The translations under genes were made by a program, and so were the position numbers. Source: Promethearchaeota archaeon (GTDB lineage Archaea > Asgardarchaeota > Lokiarchaeia > Sigyniarchaeales > SOKP01). From it: a stretch of DNA of 64,000 nucleotides. The notes beneath the pieces were generated by a model that saw nothing but the letters and a program-made list of their open reading frames with translations, did not search any database and was not told the origin of the DNA. The stretch is from NCBI GenBank assembly GCA_016839555.1, contig JAEOUA010000011.1, forward strand, positions 32,001-96,000, in the 5' to 3' direction. Of this stretch, positions 60,985 to 64,000 are shown piece after piece. Within the stretch, counting starts at the first letter, position 1, and each line of letters begins with the position of its first letter.

Positions 60985-61701
60985 TCAAATTCTATCTTCA
61001 ATGGCAGTATTAAAAATTCTTTTCAAATCCTTATTGTAATATTTATTCTTTTTCCAATCTTGTTCGGTTAAAAAGAATTTTCCAAAGGGATTCAAGGTTT
61101 TTTCTTCACCGATGGTAGTTATACCGAGATGTCCTGCTAATATTAGAAAATTCTCCGAAAGTAAGGGATTATAGATAATTTTATTTTTAATATTACTAAA
61201 TAAAAGCTCTTGGTCTCCACCCAGAAGATTTGATCGTCCTATACTTCTTCTAAATATGAGATCTCCTGTAAAGATGATACCATCATAATTATTCCCCCTA
61301 AAAGTTCGAATATCATTAGAGTAAAGGCTAATTCCGCCCGGACTGTGTCCAGCTGTTTCTAAAACAGTTAATTTAAAATCTTTATTTCTTAGAACATCTC
61401 CTTCTTTTAACCATTGATCAGCTTTTTTAAAAATAATATGTTGAAATGCATGTTTATTGTAGAGAAGCGGGATATCAAAATAATTTTTAAGAAATTTATA
61501 TGCTCCAGTATGATCCGGATGTGCATGAGTCAGGATAATACCTATCGGGTGCGCATTTAAATCATCAATTGTTTTTATAATGAGATCTTCTTCGGCTCCA
61601 GGGTCTATTATGTATATCTCATTAGTATTTTTCGAACCAACTAAATAGCAATTACAACCATATGAGCCAACAATTAATTTTTCAAGAATATAGTGGGCCA
61701 T
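60985..61701 (-). CDS. MBL-fold metallo-hydrolase (glyoxalase II-like)
   Basis: NCYLV, IDPG, THAHPDH, GHSPG, FTGD and GH motifs. Confidence 0.9.
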   Translation of the reverse strand: MAHYILEKLIVGSYGCNCYLVGSKNTNEIYIIDPGAEEDLIIKTIDDLNAHPIGIILTHAHPDHTGAYKFLKNYFDIPLLYNKHAFQHIIFKKADQWLKEGDVLRNKDFKLTVLETAGHSPGGISLYSNDIRTFRGNNYDGIIFTGDLIFRRSIGRSNLLGGDQELLFSNIKNKIIYNPLLSENFLILAGHLGITTIGEEKTLNPFGKFFLTEQDWKKNKYYNKDLKRIFNTAIEDRI

Positions 61702-61750
61702 TAGTTATACTTATGATCTTTCTAATTAAATAAAATAAAGAATAAATATA

Positions 61751-62695
61751 TTATAATATTTCTAAGATTGATTTTTTGGTAAAATGAATTTCTTTTTGGT
61801 TTGAATATTCATTTTCTTTTATAAAAACATTGAGAAGCTTTACAGCCATTCCTTTTTCGATTATCTTTAAAATATCAATTGCTTTCATATCCCATACATT
61901 TACTTCGATTGAACCTGTTTTGTCAGTTAATCCTAATTTTAGAAGAAACGATTTTTCACCATTATTTTTTGTAAATTCCTTTAATTCATAGCCGTTGATA
62001 AAGCCTGACGCAGATGTGATAAATCCGTCTGTCTTTAACAAATCCTTTATTTTTAGACTTACATTCTTCTTATTTTTATGTTGATATTGATATTCTGAGA
62101 GATCTAAATTCTCAATATTAACATCTTTAAGTTGGGAGCTAATCTTTTTAGGGATATCATCTGGCTCTAGAATAATTTTACTTTTTTTAGAAACATGGAC
62201 TTCAATTTTTTCATTTAATCCTATTTTTGAGTATCCATTGATAATACGTATGATTTTTCCTTTTGAAAAGAAATCTGATTTCATAATTTTGGATGGTTCA
62301 TTCCATAAAACAATTTTTATCATTCCAGTTGCATCAGCAAGTAAGAATGAACCCATAATTCCAGGAGTACCATCTTTTCTTACAAATTCTTTCAATGGAA
62401 ATATATCAATAATTTTTCCTAGTAGGACAAGATTCGTCATATTTTCTTTGATTTCAGCAATATCTATTAAAAACTCATTATAGTCAATTTCTTGTCCAAT
62501 TTCTTCATAAACCTCTTGATCTATATCAGGGGAAAGGATTTGGATTCCGTTTTCTTTAGCTATCAAAAATAATGCTCCTTGTTTGGTAATAAATCCGTGA
62601 AACTCTCGTTCTTTTTTTTCTATTTCTTCTTTTAACTCTTCTTCTGAAAAACCAATCTTTAATAAATAGTTATATACCTCTTGAATCTCGCTCAT
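61751..62695 (-). CDS. RPA-like ssDNA-binding protein (N-terminal helical domain + two OB folds)
   Basis: G.I...GALFLIAKE.G N-terminus; KEFVRKDG..G...LADATG.I..VLWN; KEF...G...LTDKTGSI.V.VWD. Confidence 0.85.
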   Translation of the reverse strand: MSEIQEVYNYLLKIGFSEEELKEEIEKKEREFHGFITKQGALFLIAKENGIQILSPDIDQEVYEEIGQEIDYNEFLIDIAEIKENMTNLVLLGKIIDIFPLKEFVRKDGTPGIMGSFLLADATGMIKIVLWNEPSKIMKSDFFSKGKIIRIINGYSKIGLNEKIEVHVSKKSKIILEPDDIPKKISSQLKDVNIENLDLSEYQYQHKNKKNVSLKIKDLLKTDGFITSASGFINGYELKEFTKNNGEKSFLLKLGLTDKTGSIEVNVWDMKAIDILKIIEKGMAVKLLNVFIKENEYSNQKEIHFTKKSILEIL

Positions 62696-63296
62696 TCTTA
62701 CTCAATACCCCTGTTTCAATCATTTTATTTTTAGTCTTATAAAAAGCATATGCGGAACAATTAGTAATAGCTCGAATATTTTCTACCAGGATTTTATTTT
62801 TGAAATGTGAATCATTTAAGTCTGTTATATATAATGTAAGTGCTAATTGGGTAGAGATTGTTGGCCAAAAATTTGCTTTAGTGAAAAAAACATGAAGGGA
62901 ATTGAGATTGATTTTAGCTCGATTATAATTAAAAAGCGGAGCAATCTTGTAAATCTTATGAAGATATACTTTCAATTTGTTATATAATAATGGTTTTCTA
63001 TGTTCCCAAGGAAATTTATATGATTTCAAAAAAGATGCATAAAAATACAAATTTCTAAGTGTTTTATTAATAATATTAGAAGTTAAAGGTTGGGAAATAG
63101 ATACTTTTTCTGAAATAGTAATTATTTTTTGAATTGGTAATGTTGATAATATATTTAAACTGCCTCGTGGAAAACAAATAGAGAAGTTTCTAAATAATAC
63201 ATTTAGAATGTTAGTTCTAATTTCTTTAAGACATAAATTATAGCTTAAAGGATTTGCAGTTTTATCTTTAAATATAACTGTAAAAGTATTTGCCAT
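62670..63296 (-). CDS. Hypothetical protein with a C-terminal TFB/cyclin-fold-like repeat
   Basis: P..STQLALTLYI.......ENIRAITNCSAYAFYK..NKM resembles the TFB repeat pattern P..AAAALYIA...Q.EIA....TEVTIRNRYKEL. Overlaps the RPA-like gene by 26 nt. Confidence 0.5.
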   Translation of the reverse strand: MANTFTVIFKDKTANPLSYNLCLKEIRTNILNVLFRNFSICFPRGSLNILSTLPIQKIITISEKVSISQPLTSNIINKTLRNLYFYASFLKSYKFPWEHRKPLLYNKLKVYLHKIYKIAPLFNYNRAKINLNSLHVFFTKANFWPTISTQLALTLYITDLNDSHFKNKILVENIRAITNCSAYAFYKTKNKMIETGVLSKNERDSRGI

Positions 63297-63343
63297 TTTT
63301 CATTTTATCTTTTTTTTAGATTCTTAAAAGAGAATCTATTGAC

Positions 63344-63362
63344 TCTATTTAAATAAAAAATG
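63344..63362 (-). promoter_or_regulatory. T-run + TATA promoter-like motif (variant copy 7)
   Basis: Minus strand CATTTTTTATTTAAATAGA; TATA starts at 63353, 57 nt before ATG 63296. The T-run could also be the FEN1 terminator. Confidence 0.4.
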
Positions 63363-63402
63363 AAATTAAAAATGGACTCCGTGGTGAATTTTTAAAACTA
63401 TT

Positions 63403-63999
63403 TTAAAAGATCATATCTAAGGTCTTTTGGATAGTTTTTGGACGGTTTAATTCATATTGAAAATATTTTAAGGCGTTATAAAAGTTAGAAATCAAAATTT
63501 CGGTGTTCTTAGAAACTCTTTCCTTGTTTAAATTATGCTCTTTACATAATAAATAGAAGAGGCGCCTCTTATCAGGGGGATTCCAAAATATATCTTTGTC
63601 AAAAAAATCTAAGACTTCGGGTAAGAGAAATAATTTCCGAATTTTTAAAATTATTTTAGCATCAAGCTGAGAAAAATTATACTCGTCTTTTTTATGTTTA
63701 ATAATATTTTCCACATTTTCATATTGCTTTATTAGTTTCAATGCCGTCTTAGGACCAATATTTTTAATTCCTTCGAAGTAATCGGTTTTTAACAAAATTG
63801 CTAAATCAACTAGTTGAAATTGGTTTATATCCATTGTGGTTAAATTTTGCTGGAGATCAATAGCTAATGGGGTAATCTTCTGATATATCCATCGTCCCTG
63901 AATCTTCCTTCGCAAAGATTTTGAAAGGTTTTGTAATAGTTGAGGGCATCCGAACAATAAAGAATCAAAATCTTGGGAGTTGGAATAATCAGCAAAATT
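63403..63999 (-). CDS. fen1: Flap endonuclease 1 family protein (C-terminal part; runs off window end)
   Basis: SQDFDSLLFG.P.L..NL, LVDLAIL..TDY, GIKNIGPKTALKLI, and C-terminal PIP-like QKTLDMIF. Confidence 0.85.
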   Translation of the reverse strand, partial: NFADYSNSQDFDSLLFGCPQLLQNLSKSLRRKIQGRWIYQKITPLAIDLQQNLTTMDINQFQLVDLAILLKTDYFEGIKNIGPKTALKLIKQYENVENIIKHKKDEYNFSQLDAKIILKIRKLFLLPEVLDFFDKDIFWNPPDKRRLFYLLCKEHNLNKERVSKNTEILISNFYNALKYFQYELNRPKTIQKTLDMIF

Positions 64000-64000
64000 G

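Noticed and set aside
63261-63278. TTTATCTTTAAATATAAC motif-like match on the plus strand
   Set aside because: It is inside a coding region and does not point to any gene start.
1-64000. tRNA/rRNA genes, CRISPR arrays, transposases, integrases
   Set aside because: No GC-rich structured segments, regularly spaced repeats or mobile-element ORFs were seen by eye. A covariance-model search would be needed to exclude small RNAs.

Overview
This is an AT-rich archaeal chromosomal window, most likely from an Asgard archaeon (Lokiarchaeia/Promethearchaeota-like). The assignment rests on a Rab-like GTPase with RabF motifs, two roadblock-domain proteins, an MglA-like GTPase, an HMf-type histone and split rpo1N/rpo1C. 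Bases 1-32 kb are mostly core genes: purC(end)-purS-purQ-purL, rps27e, rpl44e, pyrB, rpo1N-rpo1C-rpl30e-nusA-rps12-rps7 and pus10/rpl21e-rpo4-DUF655-rsmA-hemK. Bases 32-52 kb are mostly metabolic and transport genes, including one disrupted MFS gene. Two observations stand out. (1) A wHTH + ATP-cone + class III ribonucleotide reductase-derived protein has lost its radical-bearing C-terminus and looks like a pseudo-enzyme regulator (7743-9716). (2) In the 52-63 kb block, seven gene starts share an unusual promoter-like motif (T5-6, then C/CC/A, then TTTAWATA), 38-65 nt upstream of the start codon. These genes include a roadblock/MglA-like operon, two tandem-GNAT proteins, a PP-loop enzyme and a divergent TFB/cyclin-fold protein coupled to an RPA paralog. 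This suggests a candidate alternative-promoter regulon. No tRNA, rRNA, CRISPR array or mobile element was recognised. All family calls are by-eye motif recognition; no searches were run.
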